Shown piece by piece: positions 30,301-37,709 of a stretch of 64,000 bases of DNA. Location of the stretch: IMG/VR virus record IMGVR_UViG_3300014202_001519. One strand, 5' to 3'. Source of the DNA: a virus. Position 1 is the stretch's first letter. Each line of letters starts with the position of its first letter. The translations under genes and the position numbers were made by a program. The notes beneath the pieces were generated by a model. The model was not told the origin of the DNA and ran no database searches. It saw only the letters and a program-made list of their open reading frames with translations.

Positions 30301-32905
30301 ATCATTAGGCTCAGGCGGTAATGGTGGTGGCAGCGGTAGCGGTGCATCAGGCGGTGCGGGCGGGGCACCTTCTGCTAATGGCTCTCCAGGTAGTAATTTC
30401 GGTGGTGGCGGCGGCGGTGCTGGTGGTACAAATACTAGCGCTACTGGTGGTGCGGGTGCTGTTGGTCAGGTTCGTATTACATGGCAGAGTGATTACGGCT
30501 ATCTTGGCGATTTCCACCAGCGACATGATACTGGACAGACTAACTACGCTTTACTACATTGCACTCCAATTAATGATTGGACGACAACCAAGGGTATTGG
30601 TATGCGTCGCAAGTATATTCTTGCGGCAGCTGCCCTTGAGCCACCTTTCGAGCCATGTGTTAGAAACTTTGGCGAAAGTGGAGACTTCCATCAGACTCAT
30701 TCAACTGGTCAAACCAATACTGCAATCAGTCATTATTGTGGACTAAATGATTGGACGACAACCAAGGGTATTGGTATGCGTAGGAAGTGGTTCGCAGCAT
30801 TTGAACCACCACCACCACCAGAACCGCCAGTACCATTTACAGCCCCATTGTATACGAAGTATACCTATTATGCGGCAGCTTTGATTGCTGGAGAATCTGT
30901 TCCGTCAGTACCTCCATCTCCTCCATTCTGTGGAAGACAGGTTCAGGCTACTTTCACCGAAACAACAAGTTGGGCAGTACCTGCTGGTGTAACTGAAATA
31001 TATGTTGAATGTGTCTCTGGTGGTGGAGGCGGTGGTGATGGTAATTCGAGTGGTGAAGATGGTGGAGGAGGCGGTGGTGCTTCTGCTTATGCGGCATCGC
31101 TATTAAATGTAACTCCAGCTACCAATTATACGCTTCAAATTGGCGTCGGCGGCAGTGGTGACGGTGCTAACGGTACGGCAACAGACTTTAATAGCGGTCA
31201 AGTTCTAGCAGATTTTGGAGTGGGTGCTACTGGTAGTGTTGGTGGTACGGGTGGACTTGCGACAAACAGCGTTGGTGATGTAACATTTGATGGTATTGAT
31301 GGGTCTAATGGCACTACAGGTTCGGTTCCACCAGTTGGTGGTGCTGTGGGTGGTTCTGCTCCAGGTGGTGGTATTGGTGGGGCAGGCGGCGCACCAAATA
31401 CGGCTGGCTCTCCAGGTGGTTATCCAGGTGCTGGCGCTGGTGGTGGTGGCAGTACATTTGGCGTAGGTGGTGGTGCGGCTGGTGCAGATGGTTTAATTAA
31501 GATTACATGGCCAAGCACTTATGGCTTGCGTGGTGATATTCACCAGACTCATTCCACTGGTCAAACCAATTATTCCATAATGCATTGCACGCCTCTTAAC
31601 CAATACACCACTACCAAGGGTATTGGTATGCGTAGGAAGTATATTCTTGATGTAAACCCTTCAGATTTAAGGGTTACGCAGGAATATGCGGAAGTGTTCA
31701 ACGTTGATCCACCAACGCCAAATATTAGAGTTACTCAATTCTACTTTGAGGTTATGGATCAACCGCCTGGACCGCAGAAGTTTACGGCGGTAAGATTTAG
31801 AAGTTATACGATCATTGCGGCTGGTTTAGCTGAGCCTAATCCACCAGTGCCGCCAGAGCCGTTTACGGCACCATTGTATCTGCGATGGGTCATAAGAGCG
31901 GCTGGCTTGGCTGCTGATTTGCCTACACCAACGCCACAACCATTTAGTTGCAAGGCTTGCATCGGCAGGTACAAGTTTAGAGTTCAGTCAACATGTATTC
32001 CTAATGTTTCATGTGATACAACGGTTACTTTGCTTGAGAGGGGATATGCCACTTGTAATTGCAATAATCGCACGCCAGTTGACAACATAGATAATCCTCT
32101 GTTCTTACCAGAAGCTTTAGAGCCGATTTATCCGCCACCGCCCCCTGAACCACCAACGGCACCAGTACCGCCGCCAGAAGACCCACCAGTTCCACCAGTG
32201 GTTCCTCCAGCGCCACCTGTGCCGCCACCAATGATTCAGCCGCCAGCATGTGGGAATATGCCGCCAGTGTTACCTATCACTAACCTTGGCATTTTCCACG
32301 TTGTAAATAATAGCAGCATATCTAATGCCGAGTTGGATGCACAAATTGCGCTAGTTCAGAGACAGGTTGACCAAGACTTCGCCCCGTATTGGGGTTTAAC
32401 TTGTACTTTACAGAGAGATTCTGGTGTGCTTGTTGGATTTAACGTCTACGTCTATGAGGGTCCGAGTGACGTTGCGGGCGCATGTGGATACCATACTGGC
32501 TTAAGAAATGGTTATGTATTCAAGAACCCAGGACAAGGTTGCGGAAGTTGGCAGGTTACGTTTAGCCATGAAGTATTAGAAATGCTTGGCAATCCAAGAC
32601 CTGCAAAGTGGCCACTTGGCAACTGGTCCAGCGAAGTGACATTTATAACTAAGACAGGCAGATTTATTCAAGAAGTCTGCGACCCTGTTGCATATCCAAC
32701 ATATGCCAATGACACGTTATCTAACTTTGTGTATCCATCGTGGTTCGTTCCAGGCAGCCCTTGCCCGTGGGATTATCTACAAATATTGAATGGTCCATTA
32801 ACATTTACCCCTTGGGGTTTGCTGATGTTCCGAGAAAGTGGATTTATTCCGACTTTCTGGAGCGCCCACATGTGCGATGGCGTACCATGCTTAGGACCAC
32901 CTTAA
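24308..32905 (+). CDS. giant (2865 aa) modular tail fibre/adhesin: Ig-like domain, 8 glycine-rich domains, 9 His-triad repeats, Pro-rich linkers, C-terminal HExxE metallopeptidase-like domain
   Basis: repeated F.VP.G...I.VEC.GGG...G.VRI.W domains; H..H.TG.T...H..P.N..TT.KGIG.RRK repeats; SHEVLEM/EVCDPV. Confidence 0.8.
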   Translation: MVLPPCTQPSPSYPVGTVGVPYSYTPPHSGDCGVDYFGSWSPNIPPGLTPATDGSGTLSGTPTASGTFTCNIRCAAGYFGYPCTGQSTTPTLTPITIKIFAAPCAGKSLYAWYTGSGPDADTSGNFTVPPGINKIFVEAVGAGNIEGGNSSGGGGGGYANAWMDVVPGENFSWEIADISTTFGDPNTNLGIYARAGDGSLGGTDNRGQVTNPGQDGEAWGGWPPGDGGNGGASGSGGLGGLGSLSMSFDGGPGYDFGGGGGGGWNNGEVGSNGGVGGRGLVAIYVCNTFGYNNNSHRFHDTGQTNNPIPHDQPLNQWTTTTSIGLKRQSILSTALAATIPTPPLSIYGCYTSTLVYGTALEDFSTNVENTTFLLNDITNPNTIQPHDLLLVTLCHIGNYVPTLSITTNTGYWKGTFKQAAAGGANDHDVYIETWYLDNAYGIIGLNDYLTLTFDSGSGPGQTQFIYRIVRGTGQIAWFQDIGSGSFGQGPSELIADTANSNTNIVPREFYYAALNVFHCNTLMYPWGGGFLNGVEQLTPTFSQNTSLNDGFRVVVNPQVYNATKPIDENDFGPEWGTTLSSYYCNPYPSCRFNAGYSFVATTTGGFAIPRGIYSIFVECWGSGADGNVDGTGGGGGGFAAGFVYVTPGQVVSYTIDGSGSYVGSISAAAGNGILGGTINVGEYVVSGGNGSPPIPREDICVGCYDGGDGGAGVIGAGGAGGAASTGNGGAGNAIGGGGGGAGGNTGESGTGGAGSPGLIRISLCAIRFGWRGGGGGGPGGGSIGGSPHRSHNTGPTNDPIPHNVPINQYTSGIGIGLRRKSILAGAMLTPPPPPPNFGPFCNSAFQQLIIYDPLVTDISDSITVPPGMRRMIAKVWARGGKGEDGGGGNGGWGAGGGGYAGSVFRVVPGEIIGYSINGGSSNVIGLYGSADANAGAGEGGTAGGTAFGDVAITGQDGNVAGEGAGGDGGDGATGGAGGEGGFTDNIPGRDGGYYGGGGGGGFSGGISGDMVGGLPGPGLIVMQFCPGFGFRRNTHRVHNTGPTSGPIPHNVPLNQWSTTTGIGFRRKPLLAALSSSTTPPPPPPQPSCYRTGTLTVYGVEGDTVLQNFTVPDGVYSIFAECLGHGGTGENTAGGDTLYVGQGGGAGAYAASTIAVTPGDSFTITVNNGGSADIVGSPGTVSAEAATGITGGTAGGSTGDITISGQDGYLGESLFTDPANGNGGQGGNSQFGVGGLGGLGYAITGPATGGNGQPGTFYGSGGGAGGYGGSSGGNGDIGAPGLARVTWCWGYAYGPPTPPHQQHDTGPTNDPITHDTPINDYTTTKGIGMRRKWVLSAALSASYDPIPVPLPPICGVTNEILSFNGTLRNITSLSYDGDGTFTVPDGITQIYVECIGGGGGGGNGNSAEDEDGGGGGGGAAYAASLLSVVPGTIISFNVGVGGVTEGFDGGTTSFDSPPTVSADYGRYGTGAIGGQGGLAVNCIGDVAISGADGFTGISASFPPVGGASGGAAGGGGQGGSGGNFNTGGLPGEYPGGGGGGSGSQGGASAAGADGLVRITYVSYNYGLTENPNRYPTVRHQTHTTGQTNWSIPHCQPLNQFTTTKGVSVRNKPLASALAGPYPPNPYPLPSPQPCAVPDLDLAFNLRQRFNSTTFYSNENLESFDWVAPYGVTEIILQVQGSGTGGAQGGDDAGGCGGAGGLCTYYIATVVPGQSYPIVIDPLTGDMDFNNGDIVITGNIAPTGGPTCSLFFGDPGGPPECTAGGYGYGGAGGPDYGEPGENGFGGGGGGGGGPGAPGGYGSVGWMRIFYVNQYGYYGAGNGNGISNHYPSRRHQTHQTGQTNFSISHCVPLNQQTTTKGISVRNKVFFAIDPPNPSPPVPPSPPFCGRMTTFTLDGPGSTNFEVPAGVTLIYVECIGGGANGANATNLSGEGGGGGGYGASLIAVNPGDTYTIVAGNIAQDSNFGGTTVQGIGATGQSGGTGNVGNFTQDGQDGANGGISLGSGGNGGGSGSGASGGAGGAPSANGSPGSNFGGGGGGAGGTNTSATGGAGAVGQVRITWQSDYGYLGDFHQRHDTGQTNYALLHCTPINDWTTTKGIGMRRKYILAAAALEPPFEPCVRNFGESGDFHQTHSTGQTNTAISHYCGLNDWTTTKGIGMRRKWFAAFEPPPPPEPPVPFTAPLYTKYTYYAAALIAGESVPSVPPSPPFCGRQVQATFTETTSWAVPAGVTEIYVECVSGGGGGGDGNSSGEDGGGGGGASAYAASLLNVTPATNYTLQIGVGGSGDGANGTATDFNSGQVLADFGVGATGSVGGTGGLATNSVGDVTFDGIDGSNGTTGSVPPVGGAVGGSAPGGGIGGAGGAPNTAGSPGGYPGAGAGGGGSTFGVGGGAAGADGLIKITWPSTYGLRGDIHQTHSTGQTNYSIMHCTPLNQYTTTKGIGMRRKYILDVNPSDLRVTQEYAEVFNVDPPTPNIRVTQFYFEVMDQPPGPQKFTAVRFRSYTIIAAGLAEPNPPVPPEPFTAPLYLRWVIRAAGLAADLPTPTPQPFSCKACIGRYKFRVQSTCIPNVSCDTTVTLLERGYATCNCNNRTPVDNIDNPLFLPEALEPIYPPPPPEPPTAPVPPPEDPPVPPVVPPAPPVPPPMIQPPACGNMPPVLPITNLGIFHVVNNSSISNAELDAQIALVQRQVDQDFAPYWGLTCTLQRDSGVLVGFNVYVYEGPSDVAGACGYHTGLRNGYVFKNPGQGCGSWQVTFSHEVLEMLGNPRPAKWPLGNWSSEVTFITKTGRFIQEVCDPVAYPTYANDTLSNFVYPSWFVPGSPCPWDYLQILNGPLTFTPWGLLMFRESGFIPTFWSAHMCDGVPCLGPP

Positions 32906-33288
32906 GCTGGAGTGATCTTGCCCATATATCTGTAATTAATAGGAAACCCCTCAAATCGCATAATTGGTTTGGGGTGTTTCTTTTTATTGGTATAGATAAA
33001 CAATTCTTTGTCGCCTATTCCTACTGTCTGATACCAGTCATACGCTTTTAGCGACTCATGTAATGCAGTCGCTGATTTTTCTATCGTTGTTTCTTCGTGT
33101 TTTGGTTCAGGTTTTTCCATTTGAATCTTCGTTACAATATCCCAATTTTCAGGGTCACGCACTTCAATGGTGCGGACAGCGGTAAGCCGTTCGCCAAAGT
33201 TTTGATGAACGATGAACGACCACTTATTGTCTTTTTTGTTCTGGATAATCTGTCCAGGTTGAAGCCGTTCAAACTCATTTTTTGTCAC
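32902..33288 (-). CDS. hypothetical protein
   Basis: 128-aa ORF convergent with the giant gene. Confidence 0.55.
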   Translation of the reverse strand: MTKNEFERLQPGQIIQNKKDNKWSFIVHQNFGERLTAVRTIEVRDPENWDIVTKIQMEKPEPKHEETTIEKSATALHESLKAYDWYQTVGIGDKELFIYTNKKKHPKPIMRFEGFPINYRYMGKITPA

Positions 33289-33901
33289 GGTGAAACTCCC
33301 TTATCTTCTCAAGCAGTCTATGAATTTCAGTTACAGTAAGCGGTCTGTTTAGAAGTAATTCTTCTGTAGTAGATTCGTACCGACCTACGCAATCATTAGA
33401 TGCGGTATCGGTATACATTACAGAATAGATATTCTGTTGGTCTGTTGGCTGTAGGGAGAAATTTCTGTCATAAAAACCCAACAAATTTAGGGTTTCTTTA
33501 CGAATTTGGTCTAAATTGAGTCCAAAATTCATGAGGATTTGGACTGCAATACTTTCTTGTTCATGGAGTAGTGCCAGCAAGATATGTTCGGTGCCTACAT
33601 AGCGGTGTCCTAATAAGGTAGCTTCTTCGATTGCTTGGGTGAACAGGTTGGTGGCTCTTGGACTGTATGGGGCGTCCTTAATAATATCGTCGCCCTTTTG
33701 CACGATCTTTTCTATTTCATCACGGATCATTTGGGCTTGGACGCCGTTGTTAGTCAATACAAAGCATCCAACACCTGACCCTTCAATCACTAGCCCTAGT
33801 AGTATGTGCTGAGTACCAACGCAATCGGAGTTATCTTTCTTGGCTTCGGATTTGCCAAGGTCGATTACTTTTTTGGCTCTGCTTGTGAAGATTTCAAACA
33901 T
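33275..33901 (-). CDS. stand-alone ClpC N-terminal (Clp_N) domain protein
   Basis: MFEIFTSRAKKV...GTQHILLGLV.EGSGV...A.EEA..LGH.YVGTEHILLALL; no AAA domains. Confidence 0.85.
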   Translation of the reverse strand: MFEIFTSRAKKVIDLGKSEAKKDNSDCVGTQHILLGLVIEGSGVGCFVLTNNGVQAQMIRDEIEKIVQKGDDIIKDAPYSPRATNLFTQAIEEATLLGHRYVGTEHILLALLHEQESIAVQILMNFGLNLDQIRKETLNLLGFYDRNFSLQPTDQQNIYSVMYTDTASNDCVGRYESTTEELLLNRPLTVTEIHRLLEKIREFHRDKK

Positions 33902-33907
33902 TTAAGC

Positions 33908-34054
33908 TCACAATGAAGGGTAAACTCGATGCACCAGTGGAACACTTATTGTTTCAAAACCTCGACCATCCCATTGCCACGGCGGGTAAGGGAGAAGTCG
34001 CATGGTTCTTAGCCATTCTAAGGCTAAAACTTTGAAAATTAACTCACTATTCAT
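33908..34054 (-). CDS. 48-aa ORF (not in ORF track) ending FETISVPLVHRVYPSL
   Basis: ATG overlaps the stop of 34051..34350 and the ORF fills the gap. Confidence 0.5.
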   Translation of the reverse strand: MNSELIFKVLALEWLRTMRLLPYPPWQWDGRGFETISVPLVHRVYPSL

Positions 34055-34350
34055 TTGTAATATCCTGGTGGCGCTATGGCCCTATAATTAGAGTCAGATT
34101 GCGCTCGTTTTAACAACTTCTCAGCTTGTGCCAGGTCGCTTAATTCTTTACGAAGTTGTTTGCGGTGTCTAGCAAGATCGGCAAGGATCAATGGAATTTC
34201 TTCGGCAAATGGGTAACGGTAGCATTCGTAACCTGTTTTGCCTTCACTATTAAATGGCCAAAAAGACTCGCAATAGGTTCCACCTATGCGGCCTTGACCG
34301 ATCATCAGAAGTTTGGGTTTAGCCATTATAGTCCTCCGCAGACATGGCAT
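34051..34350 (-). CDS. hypothetical protein
   Basis: ORF; start probably MAKPK. Confidence 0.5.
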   Translation of the reverse strand: MPCLRRTIMAKPKLLMIGQGRIGGTYCESFWPFNSEGKTGYECYRYPFAEEIPLILADLARHRKQLRKELSDLAQAEKLLKRAQSDSNYRAIAPPGYYK

Positions 34351-34589
34351 ACTTTTACAAATGGTTCATTATGTTTTTCATAGTAAACCGCCGCTTCGCA
34401 TCGACTGCACTTGCCAGCAGTTTTCTCACCTAAATGGCTTGGCCAATTCCAGGTGTCTTCCTGTCTCATGCAGAACAATATATCTTTTCTTAATCCAAGA
34501 CGATTCATCCATCTATACCACCACATAATTACTTCCCATAATAAACGTGGCACATGGACAGTATCAACACCCTGGAGCCTGAATCCCAT
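34326..34589 (-). CDS. small Zn-finger-like protein (start probably MWWYR)
   Basis: CSRC ... CHVC. Confidence 0.45.
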   Translation of the reverse strand: MGFRLQGVDTVHVPRLLWEVIMWWYRWMNRLGLRKDILFCMRQEDTWNWPSHLGEKTAGKCSRCEAAVYYEKHNEPFVKVCHVCGGL

Positions 34590-35167
34590 TCGTTAGCAAT
34601 TCGGTAGCCCGTGCCAATACTACCGTCGCCATGATCCATCCATTCGGGAGTCCGCATCTGTGCAAACTCGTCCTTTTTATCTTTAGCGGCTTGTTGCATG
34701 GCATGGGCGGCACGGTTAATCATTTGGGATTTGGTTTGGCAGTAATGATCTTCACCCTTCTTAAAACCGCAAGCCGAGTCGCTAAGGGTAGCAACCCATA
34801 GGCGAGTTGGCGGTAGTTTATCGCAATGGCTGGCTTCCTTGGCAGCTTCTTCCAAATTAAGATGTTGATTGCGGACTTGGAATTGGCTGGCACCATGATA
34901 GGTGGCACAGGGTTCAATGGTATAGCTCTTACCACCAGTTTGCAAGATGGCTCTATCCGTCCATTTGTACTCACTACCATCGCCCCAAGAGAACGATGGT
35001 TTCTTCTTCATATGAAGTTTGGTATATTCGCTATTTTGGTGACGAAACTCTATGTGGACGATGGTTTCAAGCATTCGCTCGAAATCTTCCAGCGAATCGG
35101 TTTCAAATTCAAATTGTTGGACCATATGAATCATTGTTATTCTTTCGGGGCGAGATAGGTGCAACAA
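34529..35167 (-). CDS. hypothetical protein
   Basis: 212-aa ORF ending DHGDGS..GY......HVYYGK. Confidence 0.6.
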   Translation of the reverse strand: MLHLSRPERITMIHMVQQFEFETDSLEDFERMLETIVHIEFRHQNSEYTKLHMKKKPSFSWGDGSEYKWTDRAILQTGGKSYTIEPCATYHGASQFQVRNQHLNLEEAAKEASHCDKLPPTRLWVATLSDSACGFKKGEDHYCQTKSQMINRAAHAMQQAAKDKKDEFAQMRTPEWMDHGDGSIGTGYRIANEWDSGSRVLILSMCHVYYGK

Positions 35168-35340
35168 ATAAAGCGTGGTCGATCATGGTGGTTGTCTTTA
35201 CAAAATTCAGCAATCTTTTTGTCAGCTTCTTCCCTATTGTTAGCCCTTACTGCTATGTTTGCTTCCCCAAACTCAGCTACGCGAGCATAGCATTCGTAAA
35301 TATAGAGGTGTTCCATATTGGAAAAACTTCCTACAAACAT
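35137..35340 (-). CDS. hypothetical protein
   Basis: GGAGGT RBS upstream. Confidence 0.5.
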   Translation of the reverse strand: MFVGSFSNMEHLYIYECYARVAEFGEANIAVRANNREEADKKIAEFCKDNHHDRPRFICCTYLAPKE

Positions 35341-35358
35341 AATACCTCCCTACAAAAA

Positions 35359-35390
35359 AAGGGGTGATGGAAGTAATCCATCACCCCTTA
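35359..35390. terminator. intrinsic terminator after AAA ATPase
   Basis: aaggggtgatgga-agtaa-tccatcacccctt followed on the minus strand by a T-run. Confidence 0.75.
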
Positions 35391-35405
35391 GTTGTTACAT
35401 TACCA

Positions 35406-37163
35406 TTACTCGTCGTGACTCTCGCCATTTTCGCCGTTGGCGATCATCGACGGGCAGAGGTTTTCGAGCAATTCCGTAGCAAGGTGTGCATGGCGAGTGT
35501 TCACCTTGACTTCCTTGCGCTTCGGTTCCAGCATATCGGCGTGATTCTTCATCGCTTCTGCCGCACCGAGCAAGTCTTCCGTCTTGACCTGACCCTCGAT
35601 GTTACCGCCATTGAGACGGTAAATCGCTGCGATCTTGGCCCGTTCGGTGACTTCCCGAATGAACGCTGGAATGCGACCCGCCAGATTCTTGCCGACATTG
35701 GTAAAGTCGGTATTCTGTGCGAACAGGCCACGCCCATACAGCTTGACCAGCTTGATAGCCGCTTCCGCATCGGGCGGCTTCACTTCGACCAGCGTATCAA
35801 GCCGACCCATACGGAGCAGAGCGGGATTGATATTCTCGACATGGTTAGTCGTGAACACCGTAATGATTTCCCCGCCCTTGGTATCGCAACCGTCCATGAT
35901 ATTAAGGACGGTATCCATGCTCAGGTTGCGGTCGCCTTCCAGCACACGGTCAATATCTTCCGCAAATACGATTGCGGGAGCATACTGAGCGGCCAGTTGC
36001 AGACCCTTCTTAAGATCAAGCACGCTTTCCAGATACAGGAAAGTGAAACCGTGCTTGACGCCCTTGAGCGCCGTGACTGTGGCGGTCAAGGTCTTGCCCA
36101 CGCCGTAAGGACCGTAGAGCAAGATACCACGCTTGAGCGGCACCTTGTATCGACGGCACGCAGCCGAGAACTCAATCGGTGCGAACAGCCCAATCTTCAG
36201 CGCGTTAGTGACTTCGCTGCCGAAAATCAAATCGTCTTCGGTGACGCCACCCAACGGCATGTACTTCGGGCAGTGTTCGGACGGGGAGAAGTCCCGACCT
36301 TCACGCTCCCATTCAAAGCTAATCTTCACGGCTTGCCCGCGATAGATGGAACGGGTACGGAGAAATTCCTCCGTCTTTTCGGCAATGGCCGCAACCTGAT
36401 CCTTGTTCTTCTGCTTGACCTTCCCGTTAATCACGAAACGGGGAGTCGGTTCAGCCTGGATACCAGTCTGAAGGAAACCTTCAATGCCAGGGATCATCAC
36501 GCGACCCCACGGCACTTGCATCTTTTCGGTCAGACTGATCGGCACGCCAATCATCGTCGGCGGGGTAGGCCCGAAGAAGCCAGGAGTCGGCACCAATTCG
36601 GCCCAACCGTGGATTTCGGCCAGAGCGCGATGAAACGCTACGGCACCGTCCATTGGCGAGTAATGAAATTCATAATGAATCCCAATGTCGCGCTCATCTT
36701 CTTCACGCTTGCGACGAAGCCACTCGATACCTTCGTCAAAGGTCATATCCTTTGGCAGCACGATTTGCTTGCCACTACGGACGATTTCAACGTCCTTGAC
36801 GGTCATCTTGATACCAGAGCCTGCGGGAGCGGGTGCGGTTGCCATTTCTATTTCATCCTTTGGTATTTTAGGCGACGGTAAATATGTGGGCGATGGATAC
36901 TTCGTAAATTCCTTGTAACCACCAGGGACATGTATTTTAATGTCGCTTAAGTCTGATGCTGCACCACTAATAGCACATATCTTTACATCTTCCAGTGACA
37001 GAGCATCATACTTCGCTTTAGTCTCTTTATATGTTTTTTCGCATTCCGCCATCAAAGTTTCAATTTGTGGTGGCGGCGGTCCTAATATTGCGCAGAGCAA
37101 ATCTTGCAATAATAGGGCATCTAGTTGGTTGTTTAACTTCCGTTGAAGTTCTTCTTTCGTCAT
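35406..37163 (-). CDS. AAA+ ATPase (FtsH/Cdc48/BCS1-like core); core probably starts at MATAPAP (~36845)
   Basis: GILLYGPYGVGKT Walker A, IVFAEDID Walker B, TTNH...PALLRMGRLD SRH. Confidence 0.85.
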   Translation of the reverse strand: MTKEELQRKLNNQLDALLLQDLLCAILGPPPPQIETLMAECEKTYKETKAKYDALSLEDVKICAISGAASDLSDIKIHVPGGYKEFTKYPSPTYLPSPKIPKDEIEMATAPAPAGSGIKMTVKDVEIVRSGKQIVLPKDMTFDEGIEWLRRKREEDERDIGIHYEFHYSPMDGAVAFHRALAEIHGWAELVPTPGFFGPTPPTMIGVPISLTEKMQVPWGRVMIPGIEGFLQTGIQAEPTPRFVINGKVKQKNKDQVAAIAEKTEEFLRTRSIYRGQAVKISFEWEREGRDFSPSEHCPKYMPLGGVTEDDLIFGSEVTNALKIGLFAPIEFSAACRRYKVPLKRGILLYGPYGVGKTLTATVTALKGVKHGFTFLYLESVLDLKKGLQLAAQYAPAIVFAEDIDRVLEGDRNLSMDTVLNIMDGCDTKGGEIITVFTTNHVENINPALLRMGRLDTLVEVKPPDAEAAIKLVKLYGRGLFAQNTDFTNVGKNLAGRIPAFIREVTERAKIAAIYRLNGGNIEGQVKTEDLLGAAEAMKNHADMLEPKRKEVKVNTRHAHLATELLENLCPSMIANGENGESHDE

Positions 37164-37175
37164 GCCAACTCCATT

Positions 37176-37203
37176 ATCTTACTGCCAATTTTTGCATTGT
37201 CAA
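37176..37203 (-). promoter_or_regulatory. sigma70-like promoter TTGACA-N16-TAAGAT
   Basis: 16-bp spacer class. Confidence 0.6.
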
Positions 37204-37709
37204 AAGGAATCCCACTCTTGATCTTTACTTTTTTGGAGTTCGTGCATCGCTTGGCGATAGGTGTCAATATCCTTGCCAGTAAGGACTTGCACCGCTGTAT
37301 TGCCAGGGTGAATATCACTTTCATGCGTGATCGTCCACGCCTTGATTTTCCTTACGTCATCGTCCGTAAGAGAACCCCAGCAAGCCTCGCCATCTTCCAT
37401 CACTTCACGGAAGAAAATGATATTGCCAAGGAAGCCGCAGTTGGGTTCCATACCTGGAACATACATAGCCTCCTCATTGACCATAGCCTTGACTTCGCCG
37501 CCAATCCAAACGACTTCTACATAACCTTTAACAAGGTCTTGCGCCAACTTCAACTCTTTTTCAGAGCGTTCATCTTCATCTGCGAACGAAATATTGAAAT
37601 TTCGTTCTTCGACAGGCTTGTTGGGTTCCTTAAACATCCAACGTAGGTTAATCGTCTTCATCTTCCGACCTTTCAAATGGGTGTTTAGATTTGGAAGGTG
37701 CATGAGCAT
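37200..37709 (-). CDS. DUF3846-like protein
   Basis: Q.LV.GYVE.V.....VNEE......N......GN......SLT.DD pattern. Confidence 0.55.
   Translation of the reverse strand: MLMHLPNLNTHLKGRKMKTINLRWMFKEPNKPVEERNFNISFADEDERSEKELKLAQDLVKGYVEVVWIGGEVKAMVNEEAMYVPGMEPNCGFLGNIIFFREVMEDGEACWGSLTDDDVRKIKAWTITHESDIHPGNTAVQVLTGKDIDTYRQAMHELQKSKDQEWDSF

Noticed and set aside
24471-32249. Many short Val/Ala- or Pro/Thr-rich ORFs overlapping the giant gene
   Set aside because: Alternative-frame read-outs of GGT/GGC glycine runs
19128-32905. Diversity-generating retroelement or invertase shufflon acting on fibre genes
   Set aside because: No reverse transcriptase, no TR/VR pair with adenine-specific differences, no recombinase or inverted cassettes seen
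35364-36881. 505-aa plus-strand ORF antisense to the AAA ATPase
   Set aside because: Coincides with the GC-rich part of the real gene; same shadow effect
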